IMG/VR virus record: IMGVR_UViG_2786546475_000032
Span: 39,048 to 103,047 of that record
DNA from: a virus
Lineage: Duplodnaviria > Caudoviricetes
DNA length: 64,000 nucleotides
Strand: one strand, 5' to 3'
Part shown: positions 1-8,948 of the stretch, piece by piece
How the letters are laid out: each line of letters starts with the position of its first letter
Position numbering within the stretch: position 1 is the first letter of the stretch
Position numbers and translations under genes: made by a program
The notes under the pieces: model-generated
What the model was told of the DNA's origin: nothing
The model's input: the letters and a program-made list of their open reading frames with translations, nothing else
The model's database searches: none

Positions 1-401
1 CCATAATCAAATCCAAAATGGTTCGCGAGGAATACCGAAATCTTTACAAGATCCTCATCTGCAAAACCAGTTAATGAAACTGCTGAAGAATAGTAATCCA
101 ACGCGATGTTATAACCTTCACTTTGAAAATGATAAGTTATTGATTGAATATCTTCTTGTAAAAGATGTAGGTAGTAGTATTCCTTGAGGTAATAATCTAC
201 CTCATCTTTTGTAACGACTTGAAAATCATCTGGTATCGGGCGACCAACAACATCATACACCGGATCAACCATTAGAGCGCTGGTGTATCTTTTGATGATC
301 TCATCAAACTCATTCGTCTTTTTAATAGACGCTTCAGCGTCAGCTTTAGCCCTATCCCTGATAGTCTTTAGCAGACCTTGTGCGAAAGCATTTCCATCCA
401 T
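1..401 (-). CDS. hypothetical protein, partial (runs off window start)
   Basis: ATG at 401 preceded by GAGGAG SD; frame MDGNAFAQGLLKTIRDRAK... read open toward position 1. Confidence 0.7.
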   Translation of the reverse strand, partial: MDGNAFAQGLLKTIRDRAKADAEASIKKTNEFDEIIKRYTSALMVDPVYDVVGRPIPDDFQVVTKDEVDYYLKEYYYLHLLQEDIQSITYHFQSEGYNIALDYYSSAVSLTGFADEDLVKISVFLANHFGFDY

Positions 402-402
402 T

Positions 403-624
403 TTATCTCCTCTTATTTTTATGATTCCTATAAAGGACCAAACAGTAAGTGTGAAAAGTATCAATAGCATTCACAACAAACACCATCATACAAACAACTT
501 CCAAAGAAACGAAGTTGCAAATCAAAAGCGGCATTGCTAACAAAAAGATTCCAATAGTAACAATAAGAATCTCGTGTACGATACCACGTCGTCCATTTTG
601 GATGTAGTTTAAGAAAGCTAACAT
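403..624 (-). CDS. small membrane protein
   Basis: 73 aa, two hydrophobic stretches, GAGG SD. Confidence 0.6.
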   Translation of the reverse strand: MLAFLNYIQNGRRGIVHEILIVTIGIFLLAMPLLICNFVSLEVVCMMVFVVNAIDTFHTYCLVLYRNHKNKRR

Positions 625-684
625 ATCAAACCTCTTTGTTTGTTAGTGAATAACATCATGTTCCATATTTCAGAATATGGAACA

Positions 685-836
685 TTGCTCGGGTAGGATT
701 TGAACCTACATTAAGTCAAGCGAATTAATATTGTTGGAAGATGTAGAAAACAACGATATTAGATCCGGTTAAAATAACCGCATATTCTTTATCCATAGAA
801 GAACTATGATAGCAAAATAAAGATGTTCCCGAGCAA
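685..836 (-). ncRNA. about 150-nt tRNA-like RNA (acceptor stem plus T-arm, expanded interior)
   Basis: Ends pair TTGCTCGG/CCGAGCAA; T-arm GTAGG-TTCAAAT-CCTAC next to the 3' strand; directly follows tRNA-Leu. Confidence 0.6.
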
Positions 837-875
837 TAGCCTAGATGGGACTCGAACCCATACTGAGTAGATTTT

Positions 876-1579
876 CTTACCACTATAACTTTCGTTACCG
901 CTATATGCGTTTGTGGTCTGGACTATATCATCACCCTCGACTATACGTTAGGGTGCCGGAAGCTCTAGCCTGTATTCAGGTAGTCTCTACACCTTCCCCA
1001 TCCTTGGGGCTTGGATCGGGATCGCCATCGTCTTTAACCGTTAAGGTTTCCCCGAATTCATCCGGTTCAATATTGAAGTTTCCCTCAATACGCTCAATTT
1101 TGAGAGTTGTGTAATCACGCTCGAAAATTTCTTTAGCCGGAGGCAACCTCTCCATACCGTTCTGAACTTTAGCACCGTAAAGACCTGCGCACTTTCGTGA
1201 ACAAAACGGGCCAGCCTTATCTTGGGTTAAGTTCTTACTAAATGTGCGAAGTCTATCTCCCTCCAAAGAAAAAGAGGTTGAACACATAGGGCATTCAAAC
1301 TCAACAGGTTTCAACCTTTTCACATCTTCTCTCGAATGTTGTGAACGATCCATAACTCGTAAATTTGAAATTGCATTATTCGTGAAGTCACAATCTATAT
1401 GATCCACAGTTTCATCGTCTGTCAGGAATCTCCTAAGATGATTCTCCATCAGATATTTGGGATACGAAACTGTTTTTCTTTTACCAGTTTCTTTATGGAC
1501 TAAACAAACATGTTTACGACCATCTTTCCTAGTGTAAGGACCATATAATTTGTAATCTTCATACATAACTCTCTCCTAA
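876..1579 (-). mobile_element. group I self-splicing intron (trnL/IC3-like core) carrying a homing endonuclease ORF
   Basis: Inserted after U34, ends in G; core elements GAATTCGGGGAAACC, GGCGATCCCGATCCAAGC, GGTGTAGAGACTA, GATATAGTCC resemble P/Q/R/S of trnL introns. Confidence 0.85.
976..1566 (-). CDS. intron-encoded HNH homing endonuclease with C-terminal zinc finger
   Basis: VDHIDCDFTNNAISNL HNH motif; CPMC...FCSRKC; lies within the intron. Confidence 0.85.
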   Translation of the reverse strand: MYEDYKLYGPYTRKDGRKHVCLVHKETGKRKTVSYPKYLMENHLRRFLTDDETVDHIDCDFTNNAISNLRVMDRSQHSREDVKRLKPVEFECPMCSTSFSLEGDRLRTFSKNLTQDKAGPFCSRKCAGLYGAKVQNGMERLPPAKEIFERDYTTLKIERIEGNFNIEPDEFGETLTVKDDGDPDPSPKDGEGVETT

Positions 1580-1650
1580 AAGTCTACTGCCTCTGCCGTT
1601 GGGCTACTAGGCCAAAGAACAGTTTTAAATCATGTTCAGGATTGTTTTGG

Positions 1651-2262
1651 TTAGCGTGGAAGATGAATCTTGTAATTGAATTCATCATCCTTCATATCAC
1701 GATCGTACAAAGCGACTCGATTCGTCATGTTATCAATCGTGAAGGTTTGATCCTTGTCCGTTCGGATAAGACCAGATGGTGTGACACGTTGAACGTGAGC
1801 AACGTACTTGTTAACTCGTGTGGAACCATTGAACACGTTGATGTGCAATTCGTCACCTTCACGAACTTGAATCTTGGGATGGTTTGGAACGTTCTTGACG
1901 CTCTTGTAAACCTTACCCTTTTTGTTCTCGAACTTACTAAGCTGACGTTTAGTAGGATGTTCGAAAGATTCGACACCTTTCACCTTGTGACGAACATCAT
2001 GTTGAATGGTCAGGCGATCTTTATGATCATCTGACAAATCAACGTCTTCACACTTACGCTGAAAGTCGGTTGACGACGAACGCACACGAAGTGTTTCATC
2101 ATCTTGTCGGTTATACTTATCTTCAAGGTCTGGATGAAGACCATTGAGTGGTGGTGTAAAGAAGTCGCTAGACAAGCGACCATCTTTAACAGCAGCACTA
2201 ACCCACTTTTGAGCACGCTTTTGACGAGTAGCGAGAAGTTGTTCAGGAGTCATTTTACCCAT
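1651..2262 (-). CDS. hypothetical protein
   Basis: Long ORF; probable start MGKM at 2262 after AAGGA SD. Confidence 0.7.
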   Translation of the reverse strand: MGKMTPEQLLATRQKRAQKWVSAAVKDGRLSSDFFTPPLNGLHPDLEDKYNRQDDETLRVRSSSTDFQRKCEDVDLSDDHKDRLTIQHDVRHKVKGVESFEHPTKRQLSKFENKKGKVYKSVKNVPNHPKIQVREGDELHINVFNGSTRVNKYVAHVQRVTPSGLIRTDKDQTFTIDNMTNRVALYDRDMKDDEFNYKIHLPR

Positions 2263-2341
2263 TTTGTTTTCCTTTTGTTTGTTAAGAACCACTAGCACCA
2301 TGCCAGTATGTTAAGGTTTGTAGCACACTTTTAAGAAGCTG

Positions 2342-3478
2342 TCAAGCCGAGGCAGCTTCTTGAAGCTTTTCAGTCAAGATTTCTTCAATCTCTTCAAAAG
2401 CGTCTTCGATAGAGAATGAAATGAGAAGCTCACGGTTTTTGTATTCCTCCACTTTCTTTTTGATAGCGTCGAATTGTGAAGTCCTATCGATCCAGGTATT
2501 CAAACGAACACCTCGCGCTTTATCATCTGCCTGAGCCTCTTTATCTTTCTCGACAAACTTATAAAGATCATCGAGGAGACTTTGAGTATCTTGCAGAATA
2601 GAATCACCGAGCATCGTTTGTACGTTACCAAGTGATTGATTCAAGACTTGCTGTTGTTGAACAGGAACGTTCTCAAACTTCACGATTGGTGTAATGAAGA
2701 TGCTAATACCAGGGTGAACACTCTTCAACACATTCGCCAGTGTGTAAACATCATTGAGACGTTCGACTGGAACGAAGTATGTACCACGGTGAATGTTATC
2801 AGCTTTCAGCTTGTTATTCACAATGTCAGCGAGCCAGCTTCTAACTTGTTTGGATGTAAAGGTTCCTTCCAACTTCTCGTTATACACTCGTTCAAGAGTA
2901 CGGATGAAAGGTTGGAACACATCGAGATCAACAGGTTCGTTATCCTCGTTACGAGCGACACAAGTAATCTCGAATTCGGAATCACCCGAATCATCATCCG
3001 CTGAAGTACCTTTAACCCTTTCGAGGATAAAGAGTACTGAGTTATCGAAACTCACATCTGCAAGATCATCATGCATCTTACCGTTGTCATCTTGAACACC
3101 AGCGTTATTCACCTTACGCTTATGGTGTACACGATGTTTAGCAGGTTCCTGTTCATGCTTGGCACCAAACACCTTGGTAACGGTGTATGTATCATGCTCT
3201 TCAACATTGAAGTTGTCAGAAGGTTCGATATCGAACTTCTTGATAGTGGTGTTGCCAAGCTCTCGAATCGTCGAGAGGTAAAGGCTATAACCATTCTTCA
3301 AGGTTGGTGCCCAGTGATCGGGTAGAGTCGAAGAGATAATTGCATCTCTAAGGTCTTTAACCTTGACCTCATTCCCGAGAGGAATGTTAACCGAGAGTTG
3401 GAAGGTAACACCCAACAACTTCGCACTGTTTTGTTTCCATGCTTCAACCCACTGATTGCTATTCTGTTGAACAGACAT
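2342..3478 (-). CDS. hypothetical protein, likely partner of the AAA+/VWA module (C-terminal coiled coil)
   Basis: About 378 aa; start MSVQQ after GGAG SD; has its own copy of the repeated promoter. Confidence 0.7.
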   Translation of the reverse strand: MSVQQNSNQWVEAWKQNSAKLLGVTFQLSVNIPLGNEVKVKDLRDAIISSTLPDHWAPTLKNGYSLYLSTIRELGNTTIKKFDIEPSDNFNVEEHDTYTVTKVFGAKHEQEPAKHRVHHKRKVNNAGVQDDNGKMHDDLADVSFDNSVLFILERVKGTSADDDSGDSEFEITCVARNEDNEPVDLDVFQPFIRTLERVYNEKLEGTFTSKQVRSWLADIVNNKLKADNIHRGTYFVPVERLNDVYTLANVLKSVHPGISIFITPIVKFENVPVQQQQVLNQSLGNVQTMLGDSILQDTQSLLDDLYKFVEKDKEAQADDKARGVRLNTWIDRTSQFDAIKKKVEEYKNRELLISFSIEDAFEEIEEILTEKLQEAASA

Positions 3479-3514
3479 AACTTTTTCACTCCATTGTGAA
3501 AGGTGAAATAGACT

Positions 3515-3590
3515 CGGGAACCATCCCGACACTATTAATTTTAATCGCCAAAAGTACGAAACAAGGCGATTGAACTAATTTTTCGTACAT
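3515..3590 (-). promoter_or_regulatory. repeated early promoter cassette, copy 1
   Basis: CTTGTTTCGTACTTTTGGCGAT-TAAAAT; near-identical to 6408-6483 and similar to 8845-8905. Confidence 0.7.
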
Positions 3591-3621
3591 AGCAATCCAG
3601 GGAATCGAACCCTGAATCACT
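3591..3621 (-). ncRNA. tRNA minihelix element A
   Basis: 12-bp stem AGTGATTCAGGG/CCCTGGATTGCT closed by TTCGATT. Confidence 0.7.
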
Positions 3622-3628
3622 TGGTTAG

Positions 3629-3802
3629 TTAGTTTGAAATCAGGTGTATAACAAGATCTCCTAGAGACCACCCGATACTAATAAAGAAAACATCAAAGAT
3701 AGCATCCTCATAGTCTTTATCATGTCTATTGGACGCGATAAACATGAAGCATATCAAAGCTACCATAAACCCGAATGCTGGAAAAACTTCAAAGAAAATC
3801 AT
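3629..3802 (-). CDS. 57-aa membrane protein (not in ORF track)
   Basis: MIFFEVFPAFGFMVALICFMFIAS...; start overlaps VWA stop (ATGA). Confidence 0.6.
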   Translation of the reverse strand: MIFFEVFPAFGFMVALICFMFIASNRHDKDYEDAIFDVFFISIGWSLGDLVIHLISN

Positions 3803-5031
3803 ACCACCTCTTCCATAAACTTGAAGAATCCATCGTCGTTAGCTAGCATGTAAGCATCGGAGATAGGTTCGACAAACTCTTTAGTCTTGAGATAGCTGGT
3901 GATATGACACGTACAAATACGCTTATCACCTTTCTTCTTATTGACCAAATCATGACGAACCATATCTTCAGCGTCAGTAACCAACATCAAATCAGCATCG
4001 CTTTTACTAACCTCGATGTTTTCGAGGGTATATATCAACGCTGTTTCAAGATGTGTGCCACCACCAGCGGTCAGCTTCAACAACTTATTCATCAATTGAG
4101 GGAAAGAATCTTTGTTCGTCCCGAATAATCTAGTGACTGAAGAGAAGACAAAGAGATTAAACCCTCTATTATCGTTAGAGAGAGACTTCATCATAGCCAG
4201 GGTTGCACCGATAGCTACACAAAACCTCTTGTGCTGTTTGTTGTTAAATGACATGTAAGCATCCATCGACCCAGACATATCCAGAAGAATATCGACGGAA
4301 CCTTTACCAACAGGTTGCACACGCTCACGCTTGTATTGTGTGATTTGTTTACTGGCTAACCTGTAATAGAAGAGATCTTCCATTTCAGGAACGGCCATAT
4401 TCACAACCTCGCCAAAAGTCATACTCTTCAAATCATTACCAAACGTTATCTCAGAACGGTTAGTAGGATCTGGAAGGACTTGGCTACGTTTGATAGCGTT
4501 GATGTGTGCGTAAAGAGCGCCGAAACAATCCATAATAGATTTAACATCTGGACTATCCATCTTACGCATCAACTCTCGACGCGCTTCAAAATCCTCATCG
4601 CTAAAGTTTTGAGCAGGATCGTTTTCGGCATACTTTCCTGCTGCGGTTGTCATGAGCAAGTCATCCACATTGTCTTGTTTAGACTTGAGATTCTCCTCAT
4701 CGGCCTTGTATGAATCCTCCTCATACAATGCTTGGATAACCTGTTTTGCCTTGTAGTCATCACCGCTATCAAAAGAATCATCGGTATCAACATCCTTTTT
4801 ATCAGCGTGATTGATCATCATATCAGCCTGTTCAATACACTTGATGATGTTATTCGAGATAGCATCACGAGTCATTTGAACGCTGGAGATTTCATCAATT
4901 GTTTCTGTGAAGTCATTCACTTTCTCACCAGTGTAGAAGTAGTGAACAACAGGCTTCAACTTATCAGGAGATGATTTGGTATCACACTTATCAATGTAAT
5001 AATCATAAATCATCTCTTGGTATTTATTCAT
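3799..5031 (-). CDS. VWA (MIDAS) domain protein, ViaA-like
   Basis: LLDMSGSM (DxSxS), GGGTHL, LVTDAED; downstream of a MoxR-type AAA+. Confidence 0.85.
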   Translation of the reverse strand: MNKYQEMIYDYYIDKCDTKSSPDKLKPVVHYFYTGEKVNDFTETIDEISSVQMTRDAISNNIIKCIEQADMMINHADKKDVDTDDSFDSGDDYKAKQVIQALYEEDSYKADEENLKSKQDNVDDLLMTTAAGKYAENDPAQNFSDEDFEARRELMRKMDSPDVKSIMDCFGALYAHINAIKRSQVLPDPTNRSEITFGNDLKSMTFGEVVNMAVPEMEDLFYYRLASKQITQYKRERVQPVGKGSVDILLDMSGSMDAYMSFNNKQHKRFCVAIGATLAMMKSLSNDNRGFNLFVFSSVTRLFGTNKDSFPQLMNKLLKLTAGGGTHLETALIYTLENIEVSKSDADLMLVTDAEDMVRHDLVNKKKGDKRICTCHITSYLKTKEFVEPISDAYMLANDDGFFKFMEEVV

Positions 5032-5248
5032 CCTCGATTACCTCCAAGTCTTCATCTGTTGGATAGATGAAACCGTAGTGGTGTCCATCTTTAGGATTGT
5101 ATTTAGGATCGTCAGGTACGAAGATCCAGTATCTATTATGCTTTGGATTGCGATAGAGTTTACCAACTGTACCAACGGGTGGTGTACCAGCAATCCAAAC
5201 ATCTTCTCTAAGAAGGCGAACCTTGCAACCGTGTTTAAATTCAGGCAT
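5024..5248 (-). CDS. hypothetical protein
   Basis: 74 aa, translationally coupled between the AAA+ and VWA genes. Confidence 0.7.
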   Translation of the reverse strand: MPEFKHGCKVRLLREDVWIAGTPPVGTVGKLYRNPKHNRYWIFVPDDPKYNPKDGHHYGFIYPTDEDLEVIEDE

Positions 5249-6384
5249 TACATACTCCTGTAGCGACGGGAGATTTGACGAAAACCAGCCTTGAATTCCG
5301 CCATAATATCTTTCAAGTGATGAGCTTTATCAGGATTGTTTTTAATCTTTGATTCAAGCTCATCCTTACGCTCTTTAAGTTGGACAAACAGTTTGCCCAA
5401 CTCTTTCTTATCATCCATCTTGTTAGCAATAGCGATAAGAGCAACCGACTCGTTATAGAGTGTTTGGAACCTATCGACTGTAGCGCTAACAAACTCGCTA
5501 TGAGTAAGCAACTGTGCGATAGCTTCACGATCATCAGGATTATCCCAAAGACAATCAGTAAGGTATCGAACATGATCCTTATCCAGTTTGTCAACGCCTT
5601 GCATCCACGCGATAGCTTGAAGAAACTTCACACACGCTTTCCAACGCCTATCAGACACATAGACCTTATCATGTAAGCCAAACTCAGGAACCTTCAACAT
5701 GGTTCGCAAAAGAGTAAGCGGCTCGATAATATCTGTAATATCCACGTTAGCAGCTTGTTTACCAGCATCTTCGAGATCTTTGATAGACAGCTTGTCGCCA
5801 TCATCGAGATCATCAACCTTGCTAGCTGTCAGCATAGCAGCGAATGAAGAATCAGCCTTCAAAGGTTGAACATGCATTCGACAGATGAAGCGGTCATACA
5901 ATGCGCCGAGTGATTCATCTTGCGGCAATTCGTTAGAAGCGCCGAACAAGCTAATCAATGGAGCTTGAATGTTTTGATTGCCATTCGCAAACTTGCGCTC
6001 CTGCATGATGGTGAGGAGCGCGTTCAAGACTTGAGAGTTAGACTTCCAAATCTCATCGAGAAACGCAACGTGAACATCTGCAAGGAATCCTTCAGTGTTG
6101 TACTCCAGTTTATCATCATCGCGCAACGCTTTGATAGAGACTGGACCGAACACTTCACTAACATCTGTGTGAGCAGTCATGAGCTTGTCAAAGTATTTCA
6201 CTGTATCGAAACACTTGAGATACTCAGTGATGAGATAGCTCTTACCAATTCCTGGCAAACCTAGCATAAAAGCGTGTTGCCCACTAACTGTACAAGCCAG
6301 CATGTTGCGAATTTCTGTATCACGTTCCAAGACAATCGTGTTAAGACGATCTTGAACCTTTGCAAACTTTGCTTGTGTACTCAT
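5248..6384 (-). CDS. MoxR-family AAA+ ATPase, RavA-like
   Basis: Walker A GLPGIGKS, Walker B FLDEIWK, ASNELP, LYDRF, SDRRWK; real start MSTQAK at 6384. Confidence 0.9.
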   Translation of the reverse strand: MSTQAKFAKVQDRLNTIVLERDTEIRNMLACTVSGQHAFMLGLPGIGKSYLITEYLKCFDTVKYFDKLMTAHTDVSEVFGPVSIKALRDDDKLEYNTEGFLADVHVAFLDEIWKSNSQVLNALLTIMQERKFANGNQNIQAPLISLFGASNELPQDESLGALYDRFICRMHVQPLKADSSFAAMLTASKVDDLDDGDKLSIKDLEDAGKQAANVDITDIIEPLTLLRTMLKVPEFGLHDKVYVSDRRWKACVKFLQAIAWMQGVDKLDKDHVRYLTDCLWDNPDDREAIAQLLTHSEFVSATVDRFQTLYNESVALIAIANKMDDKKELGKLFVQLKERKDELESKIKNNPDKAHHLKDIMAEFKAGFRQISRRYRSM

Positions 6385-6407
6385 TTTATCCTCTCGTGTG
6401 ATAGATA

Positions 6408-6483
6408 CGGGAACCATCCCGACACTATTAATTTTAATCGCCAAAAGTATGAATCAAGGCGATTGAACTAATTTTTCGTACAT
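6408..6483 (-). promoter_or_regulatory. repeated early promoter cassette, copy 2
   Basis: Near-identical to 3515-3590. Confidence 0.7.
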
Positions 6484-6514
6484 ACCTACCAAGGGAATCG
6501 AACCCTTGATAAGT
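6484..6514 (-). ncRNA. tRNA minihelix element B
   Basis: 12-bp stem ACTTATCAAGGG/CCCTTGGTAGGT with TTCGATT loop. Confidence 0.7.
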
Positions 6515-6522
6515 TTTATAGA

Positions 6523-6897
6523 TTACTCGCTCAAGTTGTAGTAAATCGCGACATAGTAATGAATATCGTCATTATCCATAGCTTCGACGATCTCATCTTC
6601 ATCATAACCATTACTTCTCAAGTAATCGTCATAATAAATTTCGGTAAACTCTTCAAAGTCTTCTTTGATAGATTCGTCGATAGCCGTCGTGTCATACATA
6701 CACGAGAGATGATCAATCGCGGTGTTAAGCGCTTCACCCTCATGCGAACCACAACCGAGCACAAAGTGCTGATATGCAGATTTAGCATAACACTGAATCA
6801 TTTGTGATGAATACCAACCTTTCGAGACGATCTCGAAGTCAGTAATCTTTTGTTCAGATTTACGTTCCAAAGAACGCATCAAACTTACCATACTCAT
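6523..6897 (-). CDS. acidic hypothetical protein
   Basis: 124 aa, D/E-rich C-terminus, GGAGG SD. Confidence 0.75.
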   Translation of the reverse strand: MSMVSLMRSLERKSEQKITDFEIVSKGWYSSQMIQCYAKSAYQHFVLGCGSHEGEALNTAIDHLSCMYDTTAIDESIKEDFEEFTEIYYDDYLRSNGYDEDEIVEAMDNDDIHYYVAIYYNLSE

Positions 6898-6998
6898 TAT
6901 TAACCTCCTACAAGGCTTGAAATCTCTAAGGTAGACGCTGGTATAGGTCGATACCTTAGAGCGTCTACACGTTGTTAATACGGTTTAACACGGGGTAT

Positions 6999-7466
6999 TC
7001 AGGACTCTAACCAATCATTGAAATCAGACAGGTTAGCGGAGATAGCTTGGGCCATCCTTTTGTTCAACTCTTCAACATCATCCGGGGTAGGGATGTCATT
7101 GAAACGCTGATCCGTCCAATGCTCATCGATTCGCTCGACACAATTCGCCAAACGATAAACAAGGTTCCCATATTCCTTAACATCGTCAAGGTTGGTGATG
7201 TAAACACCTTGTGGTTTCGTTTGAAGAATCGTTCCTGAAAGATTGGTAATCAACCAGTACACTTTGTTATCTGCTGCTACGGTTTTGCGAAAGATGAGAT
7301 TGATAGCTGCCTTCTCATCCTCAAAGATAACATTCAGATGAATATCATCCTCATCAAAACCATCCCAATAAACATCGTACCTACATTTACTTCTAGTAAT
7401 ATTCACTCGACTTTGACAATCGAGATCAACCATCATGAGAGAAAGAACCCTGACAAAATCCTTCAT
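6999..7466 (-). CDS. hypothetical protein
   Basis: 155 aa, GGAGG SD. Confidence 0.75.
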   Translation of the reverse strand: MKDFVRVLSLMMVDLDCQSRVNITRSKCRYDVYWDGFDEDDIHLNVIFEDEKAAINLIFRKTVAADNKVYWLITNLSGTILQTKPQGVYITNLDDVKEYGNLVYRLANCVERIDEHWTDQRFNDIPTPDDVEELNKRMAQAISANLSDFNDWLES

Positions 7467-7481
7467 TTACTTACCTCCTAG

Positions 7482-7638
7482 AACTTTTTTCACTTTTTCC
7501 CAACTTTTTGGGAAAATTCTTCGATCGTCTCCGTTTATATGTATAAGAAAGCTTTGAAAGGCTTTAGTTATATATTGGGAGATTTTTGTTGGATTACCTT
7601 TAGAGAGGGATAGAGTTACTTATTCGATGATATTGTCA
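7482..7638. repeat. about 157-bp dispersed intergenic repeat, copy 1
   Basis: Shares exact blocks AACTTTTTGGGAAAATT, CTCCGTTTATATGTATAAGAA and TATTCGATGATATTGTCA with 36381-36538. Confidence 0.85.
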
Positions 7639-8082
7639 AACCCTTTTGCGAGGCAGCTTTTCAGCTTGCTTATTCAGAAACCAGTGAGCGAGGTATTCAT
7701 CACCTTCTAGATGTTTTGGTGTGAAGCTGTAGACCTCGGCGTCATAGTATTTAAACCTCGTGTGTCGAGATCCGTTAGACAACACCTTTGTTTCCAGAAC
7801 GGAAACATTGCTAAAGTCACGCTGGTAAACTCTTTCACTGTTGTTGAAGTGGAAATTCATGAGGTCATGAAAGATGCGTTCATCAGTCGTGAACCAATCT
7901 TTATCACGTTCCTCATAGACAACCTCGACAACATCATCTGGAGTCACTTGAACAACTTTCGTTTGCGAGTAGATGAATGATGCGAACATCACACAACAGA
8001 TGAAGAATGTTGCGCTAACCATGATGGGTGCAACAGTTTTAATAGCGATGACAGAAGAGAGGATGATGATCAATGCTTCCAT
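7636..8082 (-). CDS. membrane-anchored hypothetical protein
   Basis: 148 aa, hydrophobic N-terminus. Confidence 0.7.
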   Translation of the reverse strand: MEALIIILSSVIAIKTVAPIMVSATFFICCVMFASFIYSQTKVVQVTPDDVVEVVYEERDKDWFTTDERIFHDLMNFHFNNSERVYQRDFSNVSVLETKVLSNGSRHTRFKYYDAEVYSFTPKHLEGDEYLAHWFLNKQAEKLPRKRV

Positions 8083-8160
8083 TGTGGAACCTCGTTTTTT
8101 GTGCGTTTTGCGATTGCGTTATAGCGAATTTTACAGTGTACACCGAAGTCGGTGACGAAT

Positions 8161-8200
8161 AGCCTATTCAGGATTCGAACCTGAATAACTCTACCATAGT
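8161..8200 (-). ncRNA. tRNA-like element C
   Basis: TTATTCAGG-TTCGAAT-CCTGAATAG stem-loop, preceded by TATGGTAG. Confidence 0.6.
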
Positions 8201-8201
8201 T

Positions 8202-8549
8202 TTAGAGATAGGCTTGTGGGAGTCTCATACCATCGTTAGAGTATGAGATGAGGATTTTGTTGAATGTTGTCTTCTCGAAGAAACCTTTTGACCTTAGAAA
8301 GCTATAAACCTTGTAAGGAAAACAGTGTCTTGAAAGATAACTACGATTGGTTTTAGTAGCTATGTCATCTCGCCATTTACAGCTTAATGCAGGTTCGTTA
8401 TCTTCAAACAACTCTTCATAACTCCACATGATGTCAACAACCTCATCGAAGTCATTATTACCAAACATATGATGATCGTTGTGAAGTTGGATAACAACCG
8501 TTCGTCCAACTGTAAAGATTTTACTCTTCATCTTGCGATAAGGCATCAT
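8202..8549 (-). CDS. hypothetical protein
   Basis: 115 aa, coupled to upstream ORF. Confidence 0.7.
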   Translation of the reverse strand: MMPYRKMKSKIFTVGRTVVIQLHNDHHMFGNNDFDEVVDIMWSYEELFEDNEPALSCKWRDDIATKTNRSYLSRHCFPYKVYSFLRSKGFFEKTTFNKILISYSNDGMRLPQAYL

Positions 8550-8794
8550 TTAACCTCGATGTGATACAAGAGTCTATCTCGAATAAACTCCATTTCATAC
8601 TGGTCAACCAATGCAACTTGGTCATATTCAAAATACTTATCGAGATCTTGATCTCCAAAGTATCCATCACTTACATCGACCACGTTATATTTAGCGTTCA
8701 GAAAGGCTATCTCGAAAAGATTACCTTTCATCAAACAACTCATATAACGATCGAGACCAGCTTTTTGGTTCTTTCGTCTAAAGAGAAGTCTCAT
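8546..8794 (-). CDS. hypothetical protein
   Basis: 82 aa. Confidence 0.7.
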   Translation of the reverse strand: MRLLFRRKNQKAGLDRYMSCLMKGNLFEIAFLNAKYNVVDVSDGYFGDQDLDKYFEYDQVALVDQYEMEFIRDRLLYHIEVK

Positions 8795-8844
8795 GACATA
8801 TTCCTACCTTTTGCTTTGTAGTTTTATTAGCACGTCCCTTCCTT

Positions 8845-8905
8845 CACTATTAATTTTAACCACCAAAAGTAAGAAACAAGGTGGCTAAATTAATTTTTCG
8901 TACAT
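8845..8905 (-). promoter_or_regulatory. repeated early promoter cassette, copy 3
   Basis: CTTGTTTCTTACTTTTGGTGGT-TAAAAT-TAATAGTG. Confidence 0.7.
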
Positions 8906-8948
8906 ACCTACCCAGGGAATCGAACCCTGGATAACTACCATAGTAGGT
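8906..8948 (-). ncRNA. tRNA-like element D
   Basis: ACCTAC/GTAGGT plus CCAGGG-TTCGATT-CCCTGG (6+6 bp), linker TATGGTAGTTAT. Confidence 0.7.

Larger units (their letters stand above)
837..1613 (-). tRNA. trnL: tRNA-Leu(UAA) split by a group I intron (exon 1 1613-1580, exon 2 875-837)
   Basis: GGCCTAG/CTAGGCT acceptor, GTAGA/TCTAC anticodon stem, spliced loop CTTAAAA, T-arm ATGGG-TTCGAGT-CCCAT, discriminator A, no encoded CCA. Confidence 0.85.

Noticed and set aside
6385-6444. N-terminal extensions of ORFs 5248-6444 and 2342-3532, and ORF 3486-3671
   Set aside because: They translate the repeated promoter cassette; SD-supported starts are at 6384 and 3478.
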